A DNA stretch of 52,579 bases from a virus (Duplodnaviria > Caudoviricetes), in the IMG/VR virus record IMGVR_UViG_3300030329_003894, positions 1 through 52,579 of that record; one strand, written 5' to 3'. Within the stretch, counting starts at the first letter, position 1, and each line of letters opens with the position of its first letter. This document shows, piece after piece, positions 25,719-36,300 of this stretch. The position numbers were made by a program, and so were the translations under genes. The notes beneath the pieces are model-generated. The model had not been told where the DNA came from, made no database searches, and saw only the letters and a program-made list of their open reading frames with translations.

Positions 25719-26912
25719 TTACTTACCTTGAGCTTGTGAATATAAATCCATTACACTTGGAGCAGCAAAGGCTAAAGAAGCAATTCTTCCTACTGGATGA
25801 GCTTTCAAAGCTGTTGCCCCGAGCATACCTAAAATACCTAGATTACCTAGACCCCTACCAACTTGTCCGCCAGCATCACCACCTAGGTATTCACCTAAAG
25901 ATTGGGCTTGGCTTAAAAGTCCATAACCTAAAATTTGAGCAGGCAAACCACCACCATAAGGCCTCATAGTTCTACCTAATGTTTTATATCTAGCTTCTTC
26001 AGGAGCTAAAGCTGCTCTTTCTGAAGCTAATTTACTTATATTACCTCTAATTTTACTTATTTTAGCTGAAGCAGTTTTACTTCGTTTTTGCTCTGTCTTT
26101 AATTCATTAACCCTAGCTTTAAGGTCTTTCATCTTCTGGTCATTTCTTTGCAAGACATTCTTATTAGCTTCTGCATTCAAATTCTTATTAGCAATACTTA
26201 AATCCTTTTTAATATCAGCTGCACTCCTAGGAACTGTAAGTTTATTTAATTTAGCCCTTTCAGCCCTTACATCCTTTAGTGTCTGTTCTCTAAGTTTCCT
26301 TGCCTCTTTATTGGCATCAATTACATCCTGAGGTGTTCCCATTAAATATTGACCACCAGCTACAGCGCCAGCTAATGCTAATGGACCTCCAATTCTTCCT
26401 AATAAGCCAGGTTCCTCTATAAGGCCTTCTATAGGACTAGGACTAGCATCTGGTAAATAAGCTCTTACTGCTTGAGCTTGTGCGAATGCATTTTCATCTC
26501 CACTTGCCTCTAAGTCAGAAACTAAATCGAGTAAATTTTGATATAATTGAGGAGAATCTTCTATAGCATCTTCAATCTGTGAATCAGTGGCTCCTCGCAT
26601 CTTTAGTTTATTAAGCTCTGACATTTGCTTTTGGGTTCTCATTGCACTAGCTTGGGTATATTGAGATTCAAAGTTTTGAACATCTTGAGCAGATATTCTT
26701 CCACCCTTCATAGAAACAAAAGAGTTCCATAAGGCAGTTTTGTCGGGCATAGGAGTACCGCCTGTGTATACAGGAGCTCCATCTACCATATCAAATTGTC
26801 CACCAGCACTCATTCCATATTGTAATAAATTGCCAAAGAATTGTTGTTCTCTGCCCGCTTTACGAGCTCGCATTACATCTGCAAATGATTGGCCTGGGTC
26901 GCCGTATGCCAT
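25719..26912 (-). CDS. Probable ejection (DNA-transfer) protein
   Basis: Coiled coil plus Gly-rich hydrophobic helices; position between tail genes and the giant virion protein. Confidence 0.55.
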   Translation of the reverse strand: MAYGDPGQSFADVMRARKAGREQQFFGNLLQYGMSAGGQFDMVDGAPVYTGGTPMPDKTALWNSFVSMKGGRISAQDVQNFESQYTQASAMRTQKQMSELNKLKMRGATDSQIEDAIEDSPQLYQNLLDLVSDLEASGDENAFAQAQAVRAYLPDASPSPIEGLIEEPGLLGRIGGPLALAGAVAGGQYLMGTPQDVIDANKEARKLREQTLKDVRAERAKLNKLTVPRSAADIKKDLSIANKNLNAEANKNVLQRNDQKMKDLKARVNELKTEQKRSKTASAKISKIRGNISKLASERAALAPEEARYKTLGRTMRPYGGGLPAQILGYGLLSQAQSLGEYLGGDAGGQVGRGLGNLGILGMLGATALKAHPVGRIASLAFAAPSVMDLYSQAQGK

Positions 26913-27122
26913 TTATTCTCCTCCATTCCATGGGAAATATTTACTTATTAAACCTTTAACTATAAATAATAATACTACTACTCCGAATACAGAGCCAACA
27001 TCTACAAAATGATTACCACTATCACTTTCAATTTTGCCTCCTCCTGGAGTTTCAATAGTAAACTTTTTTAGTTTCTTTGGCTCTCCGCCTACAATAATAT
27101 CCATTAATCGCCTGTCCACCAT
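26913..27122 (-). CDS. Small membrane protein
   Basis: One hydrophobic helix VFGVVVLLFIV. Confidence 0.6.
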   Translation of the reverse strand: MVDRRLMDIIVGGEPKKLKKFTIETPGGGKIESDSGNHFVDVGSVFGVVVLLFIVKGLISKYFPWNGGE

Positions 27123-28276
27123 TTATATACATCGTATATCTTATTTGCACCTTTTCTACCTATATTATAAACTCCTTTAGCAGCATCTATACCCAAATCT
27201 ATATACTCTCCACCAACTTCTCCTAATGCTTCTCCTAAAAGGCCTCTTTTATGAGGGTCTATTACTCCCATTGGATTCAAAAGATTCAAAAATGGGTTAT
27301 AATGCATTGCTTTATCCGTTGTCGATTTTAACCCTGGAACAACATCACGTTGTATTCCACCTACAAAGCCGTGTCTCATTCCATAAGGCCTAGGTGGCGT
27401 AACCCACATTTCCCCAGCTTCTCTTGCATCCTTATATCGCCTTTTTTCATCTACAGCCCATTTTTCTTCATCGCTTAAATTTAGATAGTCCAAATATTCT
27501 TGTTCTTGCCTTGCCTCATCTGTTAAAACAGGAGATGGTCTCTCACCCCATTCTTTACCAGGTGTATACGGAGCCCCTATTAAATTTGGATTTACCAAAG
27601 GATTCCAGGGGCCATAACGATATTCAGGTGCTACTTTCCTACCCATTACATCCAGGGGCTCTATACTTTCATCATAGGTATTTAAAGCTATAGGACTTTC
27701 TACACTTTCTTGAACTAATTCTGATTCTACTTCATCAGAAACTAGGTCTTCATCTTTGGGGATTAAAGCTTGCAATTCTGTTATTCTTTTTTGTTTATCT
27801 TTTTCAGCATCTTGAACAAAGCTCTCTTCTTCCTCATAATGAGCTTCTGCATCAGATAAATCTTGCTTATAATCATCATATAAATTCATACCATGCTCTG
27901 CTTCCCAATCAGACCTAGATTTTCCTCCAACTTGCTTGTAATCTTCATATCTTTTATCAAGCATATGAGAAAAAGCTTCATCTTTCTTTTTTATTTTATC
28001 GAATTTCTTTTTAGCTTTTGCTAATATTTTTTGTGATTTTTTAAATTCCTTTAGGTCAGGGAAATCTTCAGCTGGCTTACCTGAATCCTTATGCTCTGTT
28101 AATGCCTCGGCATATTTAGCACCCCATCTCTCATCTGATTTCTTCTTTATACCACCTAAAAGACTACCAATACCATAACCTATGTCAGAACCTAATGTAG
28201 AGGCATGTTGTTGTGCCATTTGGGCATTTGCTGCTTGCACCCATTGAGGGCTACTCATATCAAATTTAAGTGCCAT
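27104..28276 (-). CDS. Probable internal virion protein
   Basis: N-terminal GxxIGxxLGG segment, charged helical body, context. Confidence 0.5.
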   Translation of the reverse strand: MALKFDMSSPQWVQAANAQMAQQHASTLGSDIGYGIGSLLGGIKKKSDERWGAKYAEALTEHKDSGKPAEDFPDLKEFKKSQKILAKAKKKFDKIKKKDEAFSHMLDKRYEDYKQVGGKSRSDWEAEHGMNLYDDYKQDLSDAEAHYEEEESFVQDAEKDKQKRITELQALIPKDEDLVSDEVESELVQESVESPIALNTYDESIEPLDVMGRKVAPEYRYGPWNPLVNPNLIGAPYTPGKEWGERPSPVLTDEARQEQEYLDYLNLSDEEKWAVDEKRRYKDAREAGEMWVTPPRPYGMRHGFVGGIQRDVVPGLKSTTDKAMHYNPFLNLLNPMGVIDPHKRGLLGEALGEVGGEYIDLGIDAAKGVYNIGRKGANKIYDVYKWWTGD

Positions 28277-28917
28277 TATTGATTCCAGAGGCCGCCTTCA
28301 CTAGCTGCCCCTCCTGCAAAAGACCCAAAACCACTTGCTGCACCACCTAACATTCCACCCCAGAAACTAGACGTCCTATTTTTACGAGCTTCAGCAAGAG
28401 CCATTGCTTGTTGTCTTCTAGCTATATCTGCCTGTGCTATATTTTCTTGTATACCCATTTGCTGACTAGCCATTCCTGATTGTAATCCTGCTATTTGACC
28501 TAATAAACCTTGGCCTTGATTAAATTGACCTAACCCTTGCATATATTGTTGATTAAGACCTTGTTGCCATTGCTGATTAATATCTCGAGCCATTGCTGTA
28601 GTTGCACCTCTTTGTTGAGCTTGAGTAATACCACTTTCTTGTCCTAGTGCAGCGGCTTGTCTTCTAGCTAATAAATTTTGTAATGCCAGAGATTGATTCC
28701 CTTGCTGCTCCATAAGTCTTCTTTGTTGAAGATTGCGAACACTCATTGGGTCCATCATATCTTCTGCAAATCCCATAGATTGACCATATGCACGTTGCAT
28801 TTGACCTGCAGTTCCACCTTGCAAGTCAATTAATTCTTGAACAGGTTGCATGTATTGTTTTATTTCCTCAGGCTTAATTGAAGTATTTTCTGTTTTTGGG
28901 AATAGCCATCCAAACAT
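28276..28917 (-). CDS. Gln/Gly-rich ejection protein
   Basis: Q-rich helices and C-terminal FWGGMLGGAASGFG, typical of podoviral ejection proteins. Confidence 0.6.
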   Translation of the reverse strand: MFGWLFPKTENTSIKPEEIKQYMQPVQELIDLQGGTAGQMQRAYGQSMGFAEDMMDPMSVRNLQQRRLMEQQGNQSLALQNLLARRQAAALGQESGITQAQQRGATTAMARDINQQWQQGLNQQYMQGLGQFNQGQGLLGQIAGLQSGMASQQMGIQENIAQADIARRQQAMALAEARKNRTSSFWGGMLGGAASGFGSFAGGAASEGGLWNQ

Positions 28918-28945
28918 TATATAATGATTCCTATTTTTACCTTAT

Positions 28946-28975
28946 AATATAATAATATCTTGTCTAACAATCCAA
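28946..28975 (-). promoter_or_regulatory. Putative promoter of the ejection/vRNAP gene block
   Basis: TTGGAT-N18-TATATT. Confidence 0.5.
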
Positions 28976-28980
28976 TCACT

Positions 28981-30306
28981 TTATTCTCCTGTTACTATTG
29001 TTGCTGGTAAAGCAGTTGCTTTTAAAATTATTGGTGGATAATGCGACCCTGTTGTTCTGTTTCTACCATGTGATATATAGGTACTAGAGCCACTGGCTAA
29101 TCCTGCTAAATAATATGTAGTATCTGTTCCAGCAGTAAGCCCAGTTACAGTAAATTTTATAGTACTAATACTATGGTCAGTTTCATCTATATATACAACT
29201 TGGTCAGCATCATATGTATGTTTTTCATCTAATTCTGCATAAGATGTTCCAGTTGATAATGAAAATTTAGCACCTTTAGATACACCTGTCATCCAAAAAG
29301 AGCATTCTATTTCTACATTACCACTTGGAGGTACTTTAAATTGTATAGATAAATCAGTTCCTTGTGCAGTTTGCATAACAGTCATAGAGCTAGAATTAAT
29401 TGTAATAGTAGCATGTCCTACAGTAGTACTGTCATTCATTATTTTAGTATATCCAAGCATCATCCCAGCATAAGCACTATTAGCAGCACTAAATTCAGTA
29501 CCTGCTTTCTTTGCTATGAAATTCCCACTATGAGAATCTAATGTTATACTAGCTCCAGAATCAACAACAAAATCATCAGCAATAATTTGGTCTAAACTAG
29601 ATATAGTTAAATCGCCACTAGAATAAGTGACATCAGACAAATCATTTAAGGCAGATACACTACTAGTACCTGCACCAATATCACTTCTAACTTCTGATGC
29701 GGAGCGACTTTCTAATCCATTTGCTGTAAAGCGAGCATATTCATCATCAGCAACTGAATTACTATCTATCTTAACTGCATTAGTATCAGCGATTCCAAAT
29801 GTTAAAGTTTCTTGACCTCCAATATATGTTAAAAGATTAACTCCCGTAACATATTTAACTTCTCCATTATCTGACATTAATATTTTATCAGTGTCAGAGC
29901 TTATTTCGCTTAAACTTCCAATGGTTAATTTAGAATATGTACTTAAATTACCTAACTTATCGTATAGTAATGCCTCATTTTTAATAGGTTTATTTCTATT
30001 GCTACGTAGGCCCTTAGATGGCTTATTCCCTTTGCTTAAAGGCACTAAATTGGCGTTTAAATCAACCTGATAGCCCATAGGTGTTTTAACAGCCAATAAA
30101 AATTCACCTTTATAATTTCTAGCAAGCATAGTAGAACCAACTGGACTCTCTCTTTTTCTAATAGGACTTTGTTTAGCTTCTAAATCAGGCTGCAAATCAT
30201 CTAATCTGTCATATATTTCTTTTAAAGCCTTATCAGTTATAGGTTCTCCAACTAGAGTTCTGAGAACTTTTGCTTTTGTCATTGTTCTTGGAGAATGTCG
30301 AGGCAT
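28981..30306 (-). CDS. Tail fibre/spike-like protein
   Basis: S/T/G-rich; ALNDLSDV fibre-type repeat; beta-rich C-terminal domain. Confidence 0.6.
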   Translation of the reverse strand: MPRHSPRTMTKAKVLRTLVGEPITDKALKEIYDRLDDLQPDLEAKQSPIRKRESPVGSTMLARNYKGEFLLAVKTPMGYQVDLNANLVPLSKGNKPSKGLRSNRNKPIKNEALLYDKLGNLSTYSKLTIGSLSEISSDTDKILMSDNGEVKYVTGVNLLTYIGGQETLTFGIADTNAVKIDSNSVADDEYARFTANGLESRSASEVRSDIGAGTSSVSALNDLSDVTYSSGDLTISSLDQIIADDFVVDSGASITLDSHSGNFIAKKAGTEFSAANSAYAGMMLGYTKIMNDSTTVGHATITINSSSMTVMQTAQGTDLSIQFKVPPSGNVEIECSFWMTGVSKGAKFSLSTGTSYAELDEKHTYDADQVVYIDETDHSISTIKFTVTGLTAGTDTTYYLAGLASGSSTYISHGRNRTTGSHYPPIILKATALPATIVTGE

Positions 30307-33300
30307 TATTTAATACTCTTTGGCTTAAATACTACTCCTATTGAATCTATATAACCTCTTTGTTTTTCTAAGATAATTTTTAGTTTTTTGCCCTTCTTAT
30401 TGCTAGTTATTTTTAATCGAGGGGCAATTAAGGAAATAGGAGCATTAACACTATGTATAACATTGGTAGTAGATAATTGAGCTCGAAGAACAGTTATTTT
30501 CGTAACATCTTCAAAAGTATTAATTGCTGATACCCACATAATTTCATCATTTATTTTGATATAATGACCTGGGCGTATAAATTCTTGTTTAGTATTGACA
30601 GGATTTTCACTCTTTATTTCAAATTCATCCGTATCTGCTGGTAGATTCTGAGATAAATATGTTCCTCCTAATATTGTAGATGCATAATGTTTATTTTCTA
30701 TATTCAATGGCACTTGGCTATCATTTATATACATTCTAACTGAATTAGAGACAGATGCAGTAGAACTAAATTGACTCCCATCATCTATATTAAAATAACT
30801 AGGAGTTCCTGTTAGATTCATACTTTTAAAAACTTTATCTTGTGTGTCTGCCCCAAATGTTAAATCACCACTATGCCACGTCCATTCTCTTCTAGCAAAA
30901 TTTGTAAATTCCTCGTCTTCAGCAGAAGTAATATTATATAATAAATTTCCATCAGATAATAATACAGTACCATCTGAACTTGAATTAACATATCTAGGGC
31001 GAGGAGATTCAGATAAATCCCATCTTTGATTTAAAATATTATATAAAAATAATCTTCCCTTTCCCTCAGAATTAGATAAGGTAATTGCAAAACTATTTTT
31101 TGAATTTAGGAAAAATACTGTAGGCAAATCACCATTTATTAATGTTTGTTTAATTAATTCTTTATAACCTGCTTGTATTTTATTTCCTGATGTGTCCTTA
31201 GGGAATGCTGCAGAATTTAATATTGGATTGCCTATTGGATTAGGTTTATTGCCATCATGTAAATATACATTGTTCTTATCTAAGAAGCATAATCCAAATT
31301 CAGTTTTAACAAAGGCATTTTTTCCTGTAATACTTATACCTTCATATTCATCTTCTATTAATAATGTAATAGGGTCTAGCTTATATAATTTATTCTGCCC
31401 CCAAATATATAATCTAGAATTAAAACTAGTCATTGCTATCGGAACCTCAGGCATTATACAAAAGTCTGATGTCCAATCATATCTAAAGAAATTACCAGGT
31501 GATGACCTAAAGACATATCTTTGAGTATCATTTAATTCAGGATGCCATGCATTAGAAATAAACATATATCCCTTGTATATAGCAGATAATCCATAATGCA
31601 TTGATGAGGTGTGCTCGAGGTCTTGTGAAATACCATTCCAGTCTTCATAACTGATAGATGTGCCAGTATCCTTTATAGTATGATAAAAAACATCTTGATG
31701 CACATCATAAGTCCATTGGTCAGCTTTTAATTTAATAATATCAACTAATCCATAGGCAGAATCTTCTCCTATAGTTCTATAAACACCTATGCCAGTGATT
31801 CTTTTATTAATAGTTTGCAAATATGATGGAGTTAATTTAATTGTAAGCTCTAAGAAATCTAGGACATCATCCACTTCTTCTGTGTAAGGCCCAAATTGCT
31901 GTAATTCTGATTCAAATTCTCCATCATACTCAAATGTAAATTTATATTTATATAATCCTACCTCAATAGGACCTCCTTCAGTAGGATTCCCTTGTGTAAA
32001 TTCTATAGAAGTTAGAGAAGTACTTATAATAGCACCGTCATTTTCGCTATGTAAAAATATATCTTTAAAGTATCCGCCAGTTTCTGCTGCACCTGCTACT
32101 ACTATATCACCATTGTCATCAGTTATCTGAGCTCCTGCAATATATATATTTTGTCCTCCTTTTTCTAAATCAAAAATATTTTGATTATATCCAAAAAGGT
32201 TTTTTGACCTATTAAAATTTAAGGTACTGAACCATATATTAACATTATCAGTCGCTGTACTACTAACACTACCATTTGTAGTAACAGTAGTTTGTGTTAC
32301 TGGGGTCATATTGCTAGAATCCCATATTGTTAAATTATCGCTAAAGATATCTGAATTATATTCCTTAAAAGCAGCTCCTCTGAATCTTAGAAGATTTGAA
32401 TTTTGAGAAGAACCATCTTTGATTTTACTAATGCTATCAGTAATTTGGATTGTTTCTAAAAGTGAAGTATCTCTATTGTGATAACATGTATACCTAGCAT
32501 TACTATCAAATTCCCAATTAACACCATTACAATTAGCCCTTTTAAGAGTAGTGTATAAACTAGCTTTTTTAAATTGATTATTATAATCCCAAAAAAGCGC
32601 AGAATAAGAGCTTCTTTTTGAGTCCTTAGCCATGAATGTTGTCATGTCTTGATTTATAACTAAAATAGCAGATGTATCATTTTCTTTCTTAACTCCACAC
32701 AGATAAACAGGTGTATATTGATTATATGTTGCTATATTACTCTGTGCTTCATCAAAAGTACCATTTACATTATTATTATATTCTATATGATTCCTTGCAA
32801 CAGTAGAAGCAGCACTTCTTAAAATAGTAGGGAAAATATTATTAATTTTATCAAAACCCTCTACATCTATCTTATGCATTGTGCAAACAGGGCCCATAAC
32901 TTGTCCTCTTCCCCATTTAAAGACAGAATCCATATGCTCTCTCTTATGGGCATTAAGCTCAGAATCATGTTTAACTGAAAGTCCATATTGCACATTATTA
33001 TTTTCAGTTATCTTTTTGGGTATGTCGGTATATATATTATCATCATCTTGCTCATAAGCAAAACTTCGTGCAACATATTTATTACAAGCCCATACTTGAT
33101 TTTGATGAGCATCACCTTGCTGAACAAAATCAGCTTGTTTAAATGTTTGTTTGTTATACGCATTTTTATTGTGAAAGCCAGCAGGTGATGTATCAAAGCC
33201 ACCTCTGGTAGATGCTGAGAATGCATAAATTGGGAATGTAGCATCTGCTACTGCTGTGCAACTAAAGTTATTCCATCTATTTGCACTTTTATCAAGCCTA

Positions 33301-36300
33301 TCTCCATATCCTAGATTTGTATTTAATCCACTCTCTTCCATTCTATCCTTAAACAATGAATCATCGGGCCAATCATACCATTGAAATTTCCAAACATTAG
33401 GTTCCCAAGTAGTGGGACTTACTTGTATCTCATGATAATTGTAGTAAGGGTCAACCCATGTATCATTTACCCATTCTCCTGGAACATATTCAGACCAGTT
33501 AAATTCTTGATTGCCAGCCCACATATTTTGACTATATTTATTATTTAAAAGAGTTCTATTTGATGCAGTTTTCCATGTTCTGTTAATAAATACATAATAC
33601 CCTTGTCCAGGTTCAAATAAAGATGGTGGTTTATATCCGCCCCATCCCTTATTTAAATCCTGGTTTCCATTATAAAAACCTCTATTATTACTTTGATTAG
33701 TAAGAACATGCCTAGTAGAATCAGCCCCTGGTATAGTATTATATTTATATTCCTCTTCATCTTCCATCTCACCATTGCCAGAAACCATTACCCATGGTTT
33801 ATACTTGGGATTTTCTATTTCTGGACCACCAAAATTAGGTCTTCCACGAACAACGCCAAAATCAGTTTGAGATGGAGTATCTCCCTCATAAGTATTTCTA
33901 TAAACAATTCCAGGATGACCAGTCCATTCATCTAATTGAAATAATGTAAGGTCATTACTATATACAGTATTATAATGTACTGTATCACCTAATTCATCTA
34001 TCCAACCTGTTGACCCAACTGTGTAATTAACATTTTCATTAAAATCAGTATAATTACTTATATCTCCCTCTGTGGTCGATTCAGGTACATTAGATTGAGA
34101 ATCTTGATTGGTTGGCAAAAATGTTCTTAATACTGATAAATCATTTTCGTCTCTTTCTAAAGTTGGAGGTTTGCCAACAAAATCTCCAGTTAAATTGCCT
34201 AAAAAGGATACTGCATGCCTAGGCAGATTAAATGTCTCTTTATCATCATATGAACTCCCATGATATATTCTACCTGCTAAAAAGCTTCGACTATAATGTG
34301 ACAAAGGGTGCAATGAATTAGAGAGAGGTTCAATTTTTCTTCCTGTACGACAATCCCATCCTAGATTATGTCCCCAAAATAACTTACCATTAGCCATTGC
34401 TCCATGTTGTAAAAAATGCCTTTCATCTGTATCATCGTTTCCATAGCGGTCAGTACTTCTCCCTGGATAACTTACCGAATAAAATTGTCCAGCAGATTGA
34501 TAATTATCAGATAACCATTGCATTCCTCCATCTGTAGTCCATCTACCACCTTTATCATAAATACCCCAAGAAGCAGCGTATGGCTTGCCTGATATCCCTG
34601 ACTCTACACTAGAAGATATGGAATAGCCATTTGGCATAAAATTACTTCTTTTTAAATGACTCCCGTATATAGAGTCATAATCAACTAAACTACTAGGATT
34701 AACGCTTGAATGTGCATTAGAAAAAGTATGATTCATCATAAAGGCAAATTGTCTTGGATAATACATATCTCCAGCTGTTGGATGATTATAATAACCTACT
34801 TCAGAATATGGCAATGTTCTATCTGCCATATTTAATTGTTTTTGATTATCTATATCTAGGGTATTTGCATTATATAGAAATAAGTCCCATTTATTAAATC
34901 CCTGACCTTCTGTTTCTTTTGCATATAATATCCATATTTTAGAGTTCCACCAAAAAGATTTATTATTGGAATCTACAACTTCGGCATTTTCTTCATGATA
35001 AGTACCATTTTTAGGTATTCCGCCCTCTGAGGTTGTTTGTACTATAAATTTATTTACATCAACCATATTGACTTCATGTGGGGAATGTACATTGAATTTT
35101 GTATGTGTTTCATTAAGTGTAGGATTATCAGCACTTCCTGCATCAAGGCCCACAAACATTACCTTATCACCAGTTGTTAATCTGGTAACCCATTTAGGAG
35201 AAGTTGTATCTGCCTCATTAGTACTATCTCCATGATTTTCTCCAGCTCCGTAAGAATCTGGATACCGTCTTCCAGACCATTCACTTTCTATACTAGTATC
35301 ACAGGGTAATGCTGTAAATTCAACAGCTTCACCTACAAAATCACCTTGTATATCAGGACTTGTATTAACCTTTGTAATACGTCCACATTCAAAAGTTTCA
35401 CAAATACCAACAATTTGTGCATCAACAGGTATATTCGACCACATAAAGTTTTCTGGGGAATCACCATCTTCAGCTAAGTACATTGTACCTAATTCTGGGT
35501 GCATTTCAGCATCTGATTCTTCTGACCTATTTGGTCCATATTCTTGGTCAGCAATATTAATATTAATAATGCCATGGCCATCAGGAGAATCTCCCCAATC
35601 CTGTTCAGTATGATTATTCCTTAACCTATTCGGAATATTGCTGAAATTAAAGTTTAATTCATCGTGGCCTACACCATTATCAGTAATATCATGAAAATCA
35701 ATTAAATTTAATCTATAAATTTTATTTACTTGGCCCTTTAGTCCTAAGTAAAATACACCATGCCTTGATACCCATTTTAAATTTCCATTTACTCTAAAAA
35801 TATCAGAAGTTTGATAATTGAATGGAGTAATTTGTGAACTAACACTTTCAGTTCCACTTTCTCCGCCTGGAAGTCCAAAAGTATTATATAATAAAGGACT
35901 TTGGCAAGGGCTTAAAGATGTAATATATGTATTATATTCTGAAGCTATTAAATCTAAAATATCAATATAGGCAACTCTATTACCTACATTGCTTATAGCT
36001 ACTACATCAGATGTTCCATCTGAAGGCTGTATACTACCAGCACTGCCTCCAGTAAAGGCCTCATTATCACTTGTAGTTGTTAAACTTACTTTTCCAATAT
36101 TTGTAGAATACTTTTGATAGGTATAAGAAAATGAAGGTTCGCCTCCTAAACCATCCGCTTGTTTTCCTACATATCTTAATACAGGATATGGAGTAGCATG
36201 TTCAGCTTCGCCACAATACATGAATAAATCATTTTGTAATACTGTAGCAGTAACATCATAATCATATCTTTTCCATGCTTGAAAAGCCCCATCATCACTA

